A stretch of DNA of 64,000 bases from an uncultured virus (IMG/VR IMGVR_UViG_3300032330_000970) (IMGVR_UViG_3300032330_000970), one strand, 5' to 3'. Positions 7,626 through 18,747 are shown, numbered from the stretch's first letter. Translations and numbers: made by a program. The notes: generated by a model not told the origin, from the sequence alone.

Positions 7626-10600
7626 CTACTTTCTTTCCGGAAACAAGATACCTTCTTGATTTTTTTCGAGCAAAACTTGATACAGAATAGCTTTCTTAAT
7701 TGGATTAACAATCATTGGAACGATTGTCATAAACTCTGACCGCCCCATTTTTTCTAATTGAGGAATCCTTGCTCCAAGTTGTTGTTGGACAATTGGTCCA
7801 GCCCGTTGCATCCATTCATATTTTTCATCGGTTGTTAACTCGCGTTTGAGTTGAAAAAAATCGTCATAGGAAATTGGTTCTTTATTAGCCTGCTTTTGTG
7901 CAATCAATTCTTGCATAGCAAAATCTTTAAGAGTACCTGCATCCCAGCTTAACGAAAATCGATTGCTGGCAAACATGGAAATTAACTTGTCATGAATATC
8001 TTGTGGGGTTCGTTTGCCCTCGTCGTACCCAACTGAGTCCACGCCAGAAGTGGTAAGTCGGCGGACAAACGGAATAGTATTGGCTAACTGCGTTCTTACG
8101 TTACCCCCAAGAAAATCCAAATCCGGATTACCAACTTTAGACGCAAACGGAACCGATAAAGCAAAGGTTGAAAGGAAATTATTTTGATAAGGTCTAGCGC
8201 TTGGGGCTCCGGTAAATCCGTTCCAGACTTGCTCAACGTCGCGCAACGTAGCGTACCCCGGAATAAGACCCCCAACCACATTACCAAAGGTCTTGGTCAA
8301 GTTGGTCATAATACCCTTAGCATCTTTTGTTCCAGGTCCAGGCGACGTTAACGACATGATCTGACGAATTCCGGACAAGGCGGCCATATCCATAATTCCA
8401 TACATTGCCAACGCTCCACCGGTAATTGCACCGTTGATGATAGCTTCTGACTTAGAACGTTTGTCGTAGCGAACTGATTCTGCGATTGCTCCTGCGAGAA
8501 TCAGAGGCCCGGAAATACCTACAGGGAAACCTTCAAAGCTGAAGAACTGAGGTGATCCATCTTTGAATCTTCCCACCTGGATGGAGCGAAGCTTTCCACC
8601 AGCAGCAAAGAAAGCTTCACGCTGGGCTGGATCATTAGGTCCTTTAAAGTGAATCATGAAGTAAGGATCATCTTCGCCACCCATAGCTTCCTTGAGTCCA
8701 TAGATCAAAGATGCTGTAAGGATGTATCCAAGCGTCATCTTTCCTACGAGAAGATCATGTTCGACCGTTCCAGGAACGGCTGGAGGACGATAGTATTTAG
8801 TATCCTTCAACATAGCTGCTGACCCACGATACAACCGAACAGTGGAAGTTACTGGCATAAAGTTAAGAACTTCGTTGGCCAAACTAGAACCTGTTTTCAA
8901 AAACTTAATGACCAACCGCAAAGGCCAAGCTTTAGAGGACATCGCTGTCAGACCGTCGGCAAGCAGACCAAACCAGCCTTCAAAATTATTTGTGTAAGTA
9001 GATTGAGCCGCAAAGGTCTTAGCTTTTTCAGCTAGGTTCTTTACCTCTTCCTCGTCTGGTCTTCCTTGTTCTAGAATCTCTTCGACTCTCAAAGATTCCT
9101 GATCGGGCGTGAGATTAAATTCTTTAGCTTCAGCTGCGGCTTTTGCTTCTGCTCTAACGCGAGCCTCGGGAGATTGGTTCAACAACCGAGCAACTTCTAG
9201 CTCAATTTCCTCCTGACTCTTCAGTCCTTTCTCAATAGCAATATTTGTAGCCTCGGCAATTTCGTACATTTTCTTTGAAGAAATTTTATTTATAGCGTCA
9301 CCAGCTGCCATGGAACGCCCAAAGAAAATGAAGGGAGCCAAGGCTCCATATTTACTGCTGATGAATTTGGAATCCAGCGGGATACGATATTCTTGTCCCA
9401 GGATATTGACTGGCAGTTCGGGTTTGACAGCTCCAGGTTTATTTGCACGATAAGCTTCAGCTTGAGATACAATCGCCTCCCATGTACTTACTCCTCTTTG
9501 ATCACTTGCAAGTACATCTTGAACTGTCGAATAATCACCTTCAAAAAAGATATTGGACGCCGCTTTTAAAGCTGGTTTCTCCCCAACAAAAATAGCAAAG
9601 TTCAAAGCTTTAGCTGCGTCGATATAGGCTTTAGATCTGGCCTTATCCCCAACCATTCCTTTTACAAACCCAACGCTTCCAAGGATTGCCGCGTTTAGTT
9701 CATTGCTTGCCGTAGCTGCCCAGGCATTGATTCCAATCGTTCCAATTCCCGACAACAAATTGGATGTTTGATAGTTCACTAGCAACTCTCCCCACACTTG
9801 AGGTGATACTAATTTTACATACTCGTACATCTTGGAAATTTCTTTATTACGAATCATTCCGACGGGATAAATAGGAAGATCTTCAATCATCTTATTTAGT
9901 TTGTTGCGCTCTGCTTCAGTCAGTTCAGGTAAACCAAGTTGCGACCGCATTTGCATAAACACTTCGCTATCGCTCAACACGCCAAGGTTTGTTGCCTCAA
10001 TAAGTTTGTCCAGAGCTGACCGCATTTTGCGAGTCTTACGTTCTTTCTTCTTCTCAAATTTTTTCTTTATATTTTCAAGTTCTTTCTTTCTCTCTTCGGC
10101 AATAAGTTCAGTCATGCCGTCGCGAAGGAAGTCAAGAACTTCTTTCTTTTGGGCTTCGTCAAGATTGGTATTTTGAGTAAGCAAAGCTCCCATTTTATTT
10201 TCAAAGTCCATGATATCACCACGGCTGGAACGAATTAGGCTACGAATATTTGTTTGCGGGCCCCCAATAGATTCCAACGAACGGACAGCTTGCTTCAAGC
10301 TGGACACGGCAAAGGGTCGGCCAAAAGCTTCCTCAATGAAAGGCTCAAGCCCAATCAACTCTTCTTCCTTATAGTTGTTGCGGAGCGAATCGCGGACATT
10401 GCTAATGAACTCCTGAACGTCAGGATACTTGGCAATACGATCCTTTAAAACTTCAGCTTCTGTCGGTTTGGGTTCCGGTTCAAACGCGGGCTGTAGTCCG
10501 CCCATTTCCTTGGTGCGTTGGGCAATCAATCTGCGGATGCGAGCTGCAAATTCTTCGAGCGCATCCTTTACCTTGGGTTCTTGTTGAAGACGGGCGGCTT

Positions 10601-13600
10601 GTTTTTGAAGCGCATCTGCGGATGCTTCGGCAAGCTCGGCTAATTTAGAAGGAGCATCTGACGGAATGATTACCGGAGCTTGTTGGGCTGCTCTTGCTTT
10701 TGCCCGAGCTGCTCTTTCAATTGCCTCGCCTCGTGTCGCTGGCGGAGCTACAACTTCTTCTTCTACGCCAGTCTCTCTAGCCCGTGCTGCCCGCAATGCT
10801 CTCGCTCCATACGATTCAAGGGCGTACGTGAGTGAAGCGTCAAAATAAAGTTCGACCTTTCGCCTAACGTTGTCCTGGTTTTTGGCGTCACGCAAGGCGG
10901 GAACTAACATGACTAACCGTTTGATCTCATCAGCGGAAGCAGCAGTCTCGCGGGGATTTTCGGAACGCTGAATGAGCTCAAGAATAATACGTCCCAATGC
11001 CCGAGTCTGTTTAGGATCAAGGCGAATATCATCTGCTTCGCCCCCACCAACTTCGGGTGCGGCCGTAAGATCGGCTCCGAGGAATTCTGCGCCATCTTTG
11101 TTAGCGTCTTCACTGGCAAGATAGTCAGCGAGCACAGCTTGAATCTGGGAAACAGTTCCACCTTTTTTATTTAGGTCGACCAACTTGCCGAGTTGATCCA
11201 AAGTCTTCTGCATCTTTTTGCTAGTAGTAATTTTTTCAGCCGCCCTCCGACCTGCGTCAACCAGACCGGATGCAATTTCATTTTCTTCAGGCTTGTAAGC
11301 TACAAGACGATCTTTGATTGCACTGTCAATTTGTTTACCAACATACATTTTCATGGCCTCTGGGTTGGCCGACAACTCACCAAGTGCATTCCATAAATCA
11401 ACGGTACGTCCCGGTTCGGTTCCGTACTTCTTGCTTAGCAAAAGCATTACTTCGGCCAACTGTTCGCGAGCAAATCTATCGGTCTTGGCTTTTTCACCTA
11501 GACCCTTGGCCAACTCAAATCCAATTGCACCTTGCAAGGGAAGCGAAGATTTAATATTCCCGCCCAAGAAAGCATTAAGTGTATTATCAAATCCGTAAGT
11601 GCCGATGTATTGACGCGCATCCTCAAACTGTTGTTCGCGAGGGACGGACATATAATACCAAGCATCCAGTAACTTATCTTTAGTCTTTCCCTCGGGGAGT
11701 GAATCCGCAAATTTAGTTACAATATTTTTTACGGCTTGGCTTTCGCGAAGCTCAGGAGCTGCGGTTAAACGACGAGCATAGTTGTCATATCCAGCTCTAC
11801 CAATAGCGGCAATTAAAGCGCCACGATTACTGTAAGTATAATTCCTTCCGTCAAAAATAATTTCGTTACGATCCTCAAACATTTTAGCAATTGTGTTGGC
11901 TACAGCTCCGGCCGCAGTCTTAGCTGTTGTGGGATAGGACGGATAAAATCCAATCTTTACGTTGTACTTCCCATACTCGGAAGGTTCGGTCAAATTCACT
12001 GGCTCAGTCGTGGCCACAAAAGCTGCGACCGGCAACGACTCACCCGACTCTTCCATACCTTCGGCAATCTCAAGGGCTTTGTTGGCAATACCTGGAAGGC
12101 TTGCCCGGCCACCATCCATGACGGACTTAGTCGCGGCCCTGAACAAATTGCGCTCTTGATTTGTGATCATCCCGCGACGAACTGCAACATCCAAACCATC
12201 GAGCCAATCGTTTACGTCAACCGTCTTGAATAGATCGTCAGCCGCGGTAACTCCAAATACGCCGTCAGTTCTGCCTTCAAGATGGTTCTCAATCATGCGA
12301 TAGATTCGAAGATCGTAGGAGTCAAATTTATTGGATGGTCGGGGAGACGTTGGGGAGCGACCAGGCTCGGGAGCCGGTACGGGTCCGGGTTTTGATTCGT
12401 CCATGAAATATTTAGAAGTCTTACGAAGATTAGAAATGGCATCTTCGATTCCTTGACGCAACACTAAGCGATCCGTGGCTTGAGGAGCCAAGCCCAACCC
12501 ACGTTTCACCACAGTGGCCATACTATCAAACCACACGCCAAGTCTGGCTAGAACGGACTTGGGTTCTTGACCAACAAGATCTTTCAGGCGTTGTGTCGCC
12601 CTGGCAATATCTTTTGGATCTACTGAAGTAACTTGTTCGGTAATACCACCTGTAAGATTTAGCTGCGATAATTGTCGGATACCTTCCATGGCAACCTGGT
12701 AAGAATCATTGGCCAAAGCTTTTATTTTTCCTTGAATAACGGGATCGGTAATGTCAGAACCAAGTTGAGAATTATAAAGTCTGGCAATACCTAATCGAGT
12801 TGCTTGGCTCATACCATCACCAATTGCCGTTACTTCTTCAACTGGATTTAATCCAAGTTCACGGAAATAACGGTAAGTTTCTATGTGGATTGTTTCCTCC
12901 AACATAACCTTTGTAAGATAGGATTTAAAATCTTTTTCGGGCACGCGTGATTTACTGACAGCCAATTTTTCGGGGTTAATAATAATTGTGTCGGATTCAT
13001 TATCGGTTCCAGCTTGAGCCGCTACGCTATGCTCCGCCGTGGGAGATACAAAAACATTGTAAGTACGAGATTGACCTTTGGCGTCTTTAAAGGTGACTGT
13101 ATTGTCTTTGTAGTTAGCCCCAAGAACGGAGGTTAGTTCCGTGTCTACAAACTTTTGTTGTTGGGTTGACGCTTCGTTTGTTTCCTTAATTGGAGCTACA
13201 ACTTCTTCAGCCCGGAGACCTTCGAATCCCGCACCAACGGTAGCGTCCAGCAAACGCAACTTGGCTCGCATACGGCCTATGGTATTTTGGTCAATCTCGG
13301 CCTGTGATTCGAGGAATACAATGTTGGGACGGCTAGCGCTGTCCACACGCCAGACACGATAGATAAGCTGAACCGCTTGAATTGCGCTAATCGGAGGAGA
13401 TAAAACAATCATCTCTCTGGACTCGTCACCAAACTTGTCATCCAGTTCAATTCCAGTTCCACCCATTTCCTTGGTTGCAATTAGAACATCGGCCTCACCT
13501 TCGTTAAAGGAAGCCATCGCTTGTTCCTTCGTCTGTTCAGAACCAGTATACATCCGGGCGATCTTGAGAGTCGGGTCAAGCTTAATGATTGCAGCTTCGA

Positions 13601-16600
13601 GTGACGCGGAAGTAGGATTAACTGTTTCGCCTTTGGAGTTTTCATCCGAAACAAATCCAACATAAAGGACAGGTTTCTTGCCACGCTTAATAGCATCTAC
13701 TGCTCGTTTAGCGGCTGCGTCAACTTTGTATTCTTCGAGCGCACGTTTTTGGGCTGCTGCCATTTTGCGTAAAGCCGAGATGTCCACGTTTTGAGTTCCG
13801 CCATACATCGCCTTGATGTTCTCGAGCTGTTGTTTAATCTGGTTATCGAGAGGAACATCCTGAAACTCTACTTCAACGCCATCCAGTTTGAGCGAACGAG
13901 AACGCATGATCCCGTTTTTTGCCATTCCATCAAGATAAGTTTCTAACCGATCTTGCATTTCGGTCTCGGTAACTCCTTGGGCCAACTGCCAATAGAATTT
14001 TTTTCCACCACGAAGAGCATATTTTTGAAAACCCAAACGGCTAAACAATGCGTCAGGGGATTCATTATCAAAGATGCCAAGACGTCCGAGAGAAAGAAGT
14101 TGGTCGGGAGTTTCAAACGGAGTGCCTGAAGCCATCAATGTGCGACCGGCTTTGTTGGCGATATCATCCATCAATATTGCCCACGACCGGGTCTTTCCGC
14201 CTTGAATAGCTTTAGATAAGTTACGGCCAGAATGCTGTTCGTCTAAAAGAACTACAGTCTTGTCATCAATTAACGGCAAAAGTTTTTCGAGGTATATGGA
14301 ATTGTATGTAGTGACTAACATGCGACCCGGAACAAATTCAATTGGCAATCCCTTTCCGTTCTCACCTTTGCCACCACGAACTGCTAGCGGAACGCCAAGA
14401 ATCGCCGCATCTTTCTGAATTGATCCACCAATTTCCCCATAGTCCCAGTTTGGCGTGACGGCATCGGGGGCCGTTATATAAACAACCTTATACTCTTTGT
14501 TGAGGTAATAAGCTCCAGTGCCAAGCAACACTCGCGTCTTTCCAGTTCCCGGTCCGTTCGCCAAGTAGAACGCTTTGTGCTTAGAGTTTTCGATTGTAGT
14601 GACAGCCGCGGCCACATCTTGAGTCTGTTCTTTGGACAAGTTGGAGAGAACTTGTTGCCCCGCGGGAGCAAGAATCTTTTCGTCGAAAGGTTTGCCTAAC
14701 TGGTTACGGGGCTCGACGAAGGACTTGGGGATTGGGGTGCCACGAGGGCGCTCAACTCCAGGTCTCCCGATTCCGGCTGGCGGACGCTCAACAGGTCGTT
14801 CCACTTCTTTCCGCTGCGCGGGAACGGCTTTTTCAGGAACTCGCTTTGCGGTGGTAGCGCGTTTTGCTTCGAGTTCGGCAAGCTTTGCGCTAGCTTCCTG
14901 ACGTCGATCAGCGGTCGTCTTGGCTTCAAGTTTTGGTGTGGTTGGTTGTTCGGGTTGTTCATAGGTTCCTTCCTTGTTCATGGTTAATCCGCTGTCGCGC
15001 AGGATTTGGTCGCTGACGCGAAGCAAGTTTGACCGGAAAGCGGCCGCAATTTTATTTTTGGCGTCTCCCTCCGGCATGCTTTCCGAAGCCAAATAGGGCT
15101 CGGCAAGTTTGTTTAATGTGGCAACATAGGCATCAGCTTGTTTCTGTGAAATAGTTCCGTCCTCGGTAGATTGCCGAAGATTGGTATCAATCGCTTCAGT
15201 AAGTTCCGTAATAGATTCCGGAGTTAATTTAGAAGTAGCTACGTTTTCAATAAAGGTATCAAATGATTTCAGTAGATCGCCTGATCGGGACGATTGAACT
15301 TCGCCAAGCAAAGTCTTGGCTGCGACTAACTCGGCATCATCAAAGAAATTATCCGCTTGCAACTGGCGGAACCGGTCAACATAAGGCTTGATCTGGTTGG
15401 CCGTAAGGCTACCTTCGCGTACAACGCCGGCTGGTTCCTCAACAGCTCGAACCGGTAGTGTCCCAGCTCGTTGATTATTTCGATAATTGTTTTCCAAGCC
15501 CTGAACAAACTTAGTTCTGACCGCGGGTTGAAGAGCGTTGATGTTGTCAATTGTTGTTCCGATCTTGGCCGCTTCCGAAGCCACGTTCTTTACATCTCCA
15601 ACAACGGCATCAAACGCCAACTTTTCGGCATCCGTGGCCAAAGAATCGCGAAAGGGTTGCTTAAAGTTTTCCGCAAGGATAGCTAATGCTTCCTGCCTTT
15701 GAGCTGCGGAAGGAACTTCGACTTGTCCTTGGATTTGAAAATCTGTTTCAGTCGCGTCGATCTGGTCGAGTGTCTCGTTAATTGCGCCGGCGACCGCTGG
15801 GTTAAGCCCTTGTTCTTCAGCCAGAGTTTCAGCGTCTACAGCTTGAGTGCGAAGGCCGGGAGTTTCCATGCTTACCGCCGCGCCAATTCCAACACCAGCC
15901 CGCATGCGGGGAACGGCTTGACGAATAAAATCGCGTAAGCGACTATTAAAAATTGTACTTAAGGAAAGATTCTTTTTACCTTGACGAAGCTCATATAAAA
16001 ATGAATTGATCGTCCCCATTGAGACTTCATCTGCAATGTTGTACGTTTGATAACCGGCCAAAGACTTGCTTTGAAGATAAGCATTCTTGCGTTTAATATA
16101 AGCCATCAAAGTCTCAGCGGGAGTCATTGTGTTGCGACCATTTTCATCAATCGCACCAAGACTCTGAAGTAGCTCAACCGTTGATGGATTCTTTAAATTA
16201 AATACGTCGCCAAGAGCATTTACATCGTTCTCTCTAGGATCAGGAGCCAGCTTCTGAAATTTCTGATACGATGCTTGTTCGGGATTGTTGATGGCAAGAA
16301 TAACGTCAGGACGAGCTTCTAATTCAGGAGCAATCGTTCCACCTTTGATAGCTGCATTTGTCTCGCGCTCAAACTGCCCCACCAAACTTGCAACACTTTG
16401 CTCACCTCGAGTGCCACGTTCCATTTCGCCCTGACCTTGCATGGCTTGCAACTTGGCAAGCTGTTCTTCGAGAGCCGGAGTTTCTTCCAAAGGAGACTGC
16501 CTGATCTTAGTCTGCAAAGCCGTGATCTGATCGGCAATCTTTTTAGCCCTGAACTCGGCGGGTCTTTCCTCGGCAACCAATTCTTGCTGTTGGGCAAGAC

Positions 16601-18713
16601 GAGTTTCCAGTGCAGTTTGAATTTGACTTGGTCCAAGATGTTTCGAAGCAATAGCCTCAATCTCTGGCATCGATCCAGCTGTATCCAATAGATCGCTGAT
16701 CTGGTCAACTTCGTTTTGGGTTATACCAGGTTTACTTTCAATTTCTTGCAAGATTGCGTCCTTCTCATCCTGCATGATTTCCGCTGGATCTTCTTTACCA
16801 AGCCAATTCCCCTCGTTATCCTTGACTCCTAAAACTTGATACCGTGACCCGTCTTCACTGAGTTTTCCGTAAACGCGACCCTGACTTTCAAGCCAATCAA
16901 TTTTGGCTTGATTGTTTGGGGTCGAAGAAAGATCAACCGAAGTTCCTCCTTTTTGAAATACATTTACTAATTCATTAAGGGCGCCAAGAGCTTCCTCGTC
17001 AGTTGCGGGAACTCCGGCCTCCATAGTTGGTGGCACTCCCATCTGAGTAGGTTGTACCTGAGCCTGGGCTTCGGCTACTTTACTTAAAAGCAAAGATTCA
17101 ATTGCTCCTTGTTTTGAGTTGTTAATTGCTTCGTCAGCTACAGCGGTAGTTTCAGGAGCAGTTGTTGGATCAAGAGAGGCGCGAACATTAACAGCATCAA
17201 AAAGAGCTTGAGCTTCGGGGCTATTTAAAGAATCGCGCAGTTCAACAATCTGTTGCATTTTCTGCTCTTCTGGAATCTTGGGATCATTCTTAATTCCAGT
17301 AACTGTTTGACGGAGCGTATCTGCAAATTTGTCATTGGCCATTTGATTAAGTCTAGCTCTCCGCCCAACAAATCCTTCGGCCAAAACCATGCCAAGACCA
17401 ATACCCCCGGAAGCAGCTAGGCTTTGTGGAATCTGAGCAATAGGATCTTGCCCGCGGGCAATCGCGTCAATTACATCGGATGAAGTTTCTCCAAGAGTTG
17501 TTCCAATTAATTTTGCAGTACCTTGAACAACTGGAGCAAACATGGGTAACTTGGTTTCCAGAGCCTTAGCCACCATATGATTGGCCAAAGCATGATCGGC
17601 AACATCTTCCAATTTATTGCCAGCTTCTTCGGATAAAGCTAAAACTCCAGCTTCGCTTACAATCGAGGCCAGCCGTTGCCCAACACTTAAGTTACGCGGA
17701 TCTTGATCGAGGGATTGAGAAGCGCCAACAACCGCGTAAGTTGCGCCCTTTGACAGGGTAGTTGGAACTTTAATTGTCTGACCTGCAATATCCGCAGCCT
17801 TGCCAAGCAGACCTGTGGCCCCCGCTCCAACTGCCATGAACTGACCCAAAGATCCGGTAGCCAATCCGGCCAAAGTGGACGGCATGTAATCTTTTTGAAT
17901 TACGTCGTTGATTCCGTTGGTAAGAGCGGCACGACGGGCCACTTGGTCAGGATTATTTTCATCGACAATAATATCTCCAATAGATACAAATGGAACAAAG
18001 GCATCCCCAGATTGAATTGCAAAGTTTCGAAGTCCCGCGGTTCCAAGTTTCTTTGTTTTGTCGCTCTGAAGATCTTTATAATATTCCTGTGCTCGGGCCA
18101 AATTCATTCCAACTTTTGGGGTATTCCATGCCCCAACCCCAAACTCCATTGCTGGAGCTTGGTCCTTGGGGGCAATAGACTTCCCCGCCGTTAACTCATC
18201 GGAGTAAAGAGTTCCAAGTTCAAGTGCTTTAGCAGCTTGGGTCGGATCTTTAATTGTTCCAATGTAATTGCGGGACGCCAAACTTTCCTGCATCGCTCTG
18301 GCATCTTCATTAGTAATTCCAAGCCCAGTTTGCAAATAAGATCCAATAACTTTACCCACACCTCCAACGGCAATTTTGGTAAGGCCCAACCAGTCATTGT
18401 TCTTTTCCGCGTCAAGGGTAGCTTGAGATGTGGATGTTATGTAATCATTGACATTCTGTTGAGCATCCTGCCATGACTGCGTATTAAAAGGTAGTTTTCC
18501 TTCTTTGAAGCGAGTAGCCGTACCAAGCAAAAGATCATTGGCTTTCGGGTTATCCCGAAGTTCCATAAGGTGGCCCGCTTGAGCCAAAGCCGACGAAGGC
18601 TGGCTTAATACGGAATCAAGTTCGTCTTGTTGTTGAACGGGAGTTTGTCCAAGAATATCCCCGACAATGCTATCGAGTGAACTGGCATCCATAGAAGAAA
18701 AGGGGTCTGCCAT
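7626..18713 (-). CDS. Giant (3695 aa) polyvalent internal virion/ejection protein: Strawberry-notch-like SF2 helicase, zincin-like domain, possible sigma-like module
   Basis: GPGTGKT, TTY, DEQH, SGT, GGTGIEL and QLIYRVWR helicase motifs (~aa 1365-1830); LEETIH zincin-like motif (~aa 1940); follows two ejection-type genes. Confidence 0.85.
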   Translation of the reverse strand: MADPFSSMDASSLDSIVGDILGQTPVQQQDELDSVLSQPSSALAQAGHLMELRDNPKANDLLLGTATRFKEGKLPFNTQSWQDAQQNVNDYITSTSQATLDAEKNNDWLGLTKIAVGGVGKVIGSYLQTGLGITNEDARAMQESLASRNYIGTIKDPTQAAKALELGTLYSDELTAGKSIAPKDQAPAMEFGVGAWNTPKVGMNLARAQEYYKDLQSDKTKKLGTAGLRNFAIQSGDAFVPFVSIGDIIVDENNPDQVARRAALTNGINDVIQKDYMPSTLAGLATGSLGQFMAVGAGATGLLGKAADIAGQTIKVPTTLSKGATYAVVGASQSLDQDPRNLSVGQRLASIVSEAGVLALSEEAGNKLEDVADHALANHMVAKALETKLPMFAPVVQGTAKLIGTTLGETSSDVIDAIARGQDPIAQIPQSLAASGGIGLGMVLAEGFVGRRARLNQMANDKFADTLRQTVTGIKNDPKIPEEQKMQQIVELRDSLNSPEAQALFDAVNVRASLDPTTAPETTAVADEAINNSKQGAIESLLLSKVAEAQAQVQPTQMGVPPTMEAGVPATDEEALGALNELVNVFQKGGTSVDLSSTPNNQAKIDWLESQGRVYGKLSEDGSRYQVLGVKDNEGNWLGKEDPAEIMQDEKDAILQEIESKPGITQNEVDQISDLLDTAGSMPEIEAIASKHLGPSQIQTALETRLAQQQELVAEERPAEFRAKKIADQITALQTKIRQSPLEETPALEEQLAKLQAMQGQGEMERGTRGEQSVASLVGQFERETNAAIKGGTIAPELEARPDVILAINNPEQASYQKFQKLAPDPRENDVNALGDVFNLKNPSTVELLQSLGAIDENGRNTMTPAETLMAYIKRKNAYLQSKSLAGYQTYNIADEVSMGTINSFLYELRQGKKNLSLSTIFNSRLRDFIRQAVPRMRAGVGIGAAVSMETPGLRTQAVDAETLAEEQGLNPAVAGAINETLDQIDATETDFQIQGQVEVPSAAQRQEALAILAENFKQPFRDSLATDAEKLAFDAVVGDVKNVASEAAKIGTTIDNINALQPAVRTKFVQGLENNYRNNQRAGTLPVRAVEEPAGVVREGSLTANQIKPYVDRFRQLQADNFFDDAELVAAKTLLGEVQSSRSGDLLKSFDTFIENVATSKLTPESITELTEAIDTNLRQSTEDGTISQKQADAYVATLNKLAEPYLASESMPEGDAKNKIAAAFRSNLLRVSDQILRDSGLTMNKEGTYEQPEQPTTPKLEAKTTADRRQEASAKLAELEAKRATTAKRVPEKAVPAQRKEVERPVERPPAGIGRPGVERPRGTPIPKSFVEPRNQLGKPFDEKILAPAGQQVLSNLSKEQTQDVAAAVTTIENSKHKAFYLANGPGTGKTRVLLGTGAYYLNKEYKVVYITAPDAVTPNWDYGEIGGSIQKDAAILGVPLAVRGGKGENGKGLPIEFVPGRMLVTTYNSIYLEKLLPLIDDKTVVLLDEQHSGRNLSKAIQGGKTRSWAILMDDIANKAGRTLMASGTPFETPDQLLSLGRLGIFDNESPDALFSRLGFQKYALRGGKKFYWQLAQGVTETEMQDRLETYLDGMAKNGIMRSRSLKLDGVEVEFQDVPLDNQIKQQLENIKAMYGGTQNVDISALRKMAAAQKRALEEYKVDAAAKRAVDAIKRGKKPVLYVGFVSDENSKGETVNPTSASLEAAIIKLDPTLKIARMYTGSEQTKEQAMASFNEGEADVLIATKEMGGTGIELDDKFGDESREMIVLSPPISAIQAVQLIYRVWRVDSASRPNIVFLESQAEIDQNTIGRMRAKLRLLDATVGAGFEGLRAEEVVAPIKETNEASTQQQKFVDTELTSVLGANYKDNTVTFKDAKGQSRTYNVFVSPTAEHSVAAQAGTDNESDTIIINPEKLAVSKSRVPEKDFKSYLTKVMLEETIHIETYRYFRELGLNPVEEVTAIGDGMSQATRLGIARLYNSQLGSDITDPVIQGKIKALANDSYQVAMEGIRQLSQLNLTGGITEQVTSVDPKDIARATQRLKDLVGQEPKSVLARLGVWFDSMATVVKRGLGLAPQATDRLVLRQGIEDAISNLRKTSKYFMDESKPGPVPAPEPGRSPTSPRPSNKFDSYDLRIYRMIENHLEGRTDGVFGVTAADDLFKTVDVNDWLDGLDVAVRRGMITNQERNLFRAATKSVMDGGRASLPGIANKALEIAEGMEESGESLPVAAFVATTEPVNLTEPSEYGKYNVKIGFYPSYPTTAKTAAGAVANTIAKMFEDRNEIIFDGRNYTYSNRGALIAAIGRAGYDNYARRLTAAPELRESQAVKNIVTKFADSLPEGKTKDKLLDAWYYMSVPREQQFEDARQYIGTYGFDNTLNAFLGGNIKSSLPLQGAIGFELAKGLGEKAKTDRFAREQLAEVMLLLSKKYGTEPGRTVDLWNALGELSANPEAMKMYVGKQIDSAIKDRLVAYKPEENEIASGLVDAGRRAAEKITTSKKMQKTLDQLGKLVDLNKKGGTVSQIQAVLADYLASEDANKDGAEFLGADLTAAPEVGGGEADDIRLDPKQTRALGRIILELIQRSENPRETAASADEIKRLVMLVPALRDAKNQDNVRRKVELYFDASLTYALESYGARALRAARARETGVEEEVVAPPATRGEAIERAARAKARAAQQAPVIIPSDAPSKLAELAEASADALQKQAARLQQEPKVKDALEEFAARIRRLIAQRTKEMGGLQPAFEPEPKPTEAEVLKDRIAKYPDVQEFISNVRDSLRNNYKEEELIGLEPFIEEAFGRPFAVSSLKQAVRSLESIGGPQTNIRSLIRSSRGDIMDFENKMGALLTQNTNLDEAQKKEVLDFLRDGMTELIAEERKKELENIKKKFEKKKERKTRKMRSALDKLIEATNLGVLSDSEVFMQMRSQLGLPELTEAERNKLNKMIEDLPIYPVGMIRNKEISKMYEYVKLVSPQVWGELLVNYQTSNLLSGIGTIGINAWAATASNELNAAILGSVGFVKGMVGDKARSKAYIDAAKALNFAIFVGEKPALKAASNIFFEGDYSTVQDVLASDQRGVSTWEAIVSQAEAYRANKPGAVKPELPVNILGQEYRIPLDSKFISSKYGALAPFIFFGRSMAAGDAINKISSKKMYEIAEATNIAIEKGLKSQEEIELEVARLLNQSPEARVRAEAKAAAEAKEFNLTPDQESLRVEEILEQGRPDEEEVKNLAEKAKTFAAQSTYTNNFEGWFGLLADGLTAMSSKAWPLRLVIKFLKTGSSLANEVLNFMPVTSTVRLYRGSAAMLKDTKYYRPPAVPGTVEHDLLVGKMTLGYILTASLIYGLKEAMGGEDDPYFMIHFKGPNDPAQREAFFAAGGKLRSIQVGRFKDGSPQFFSFEGFPVGISGPLILAGAIAESVRYDKRSKSEAIINGAITGGALAMYGIMDMAALSGIRQIMSLTSPGPGTKDAKGIMTNLTKTFGNVVGGLIPGYATLRDVEQVWNGFTGAPSARPYQNNFLSTFALSVPFASKVGNPDLDFLGGNVRTQLANTIPFVRRLTTSGVDSVGYDEGKRTPQDIHDKLISMFASNRFSLSWDAGTLKDFAMQELIAQKQANKEPISYDDFFQLKRELTTDEKYEWMQRAGPIVQQQLGARIPQLEKMGRSEFMTIVPMIVNPIKKAILYQVLLEKNQEGILFPERK

Positions 18714-18747
18714 AAACCAAACTATTCAAGCAGATTCCCGCCCGACG

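Noticed and set aside
7626..18713. Giant protein as a virion RNA polymerase (N4- or crAss-like)
   Set aside because: I saw no DxDGD or T7-type polymerase motifs; the recognisable motifs are helicase-type.
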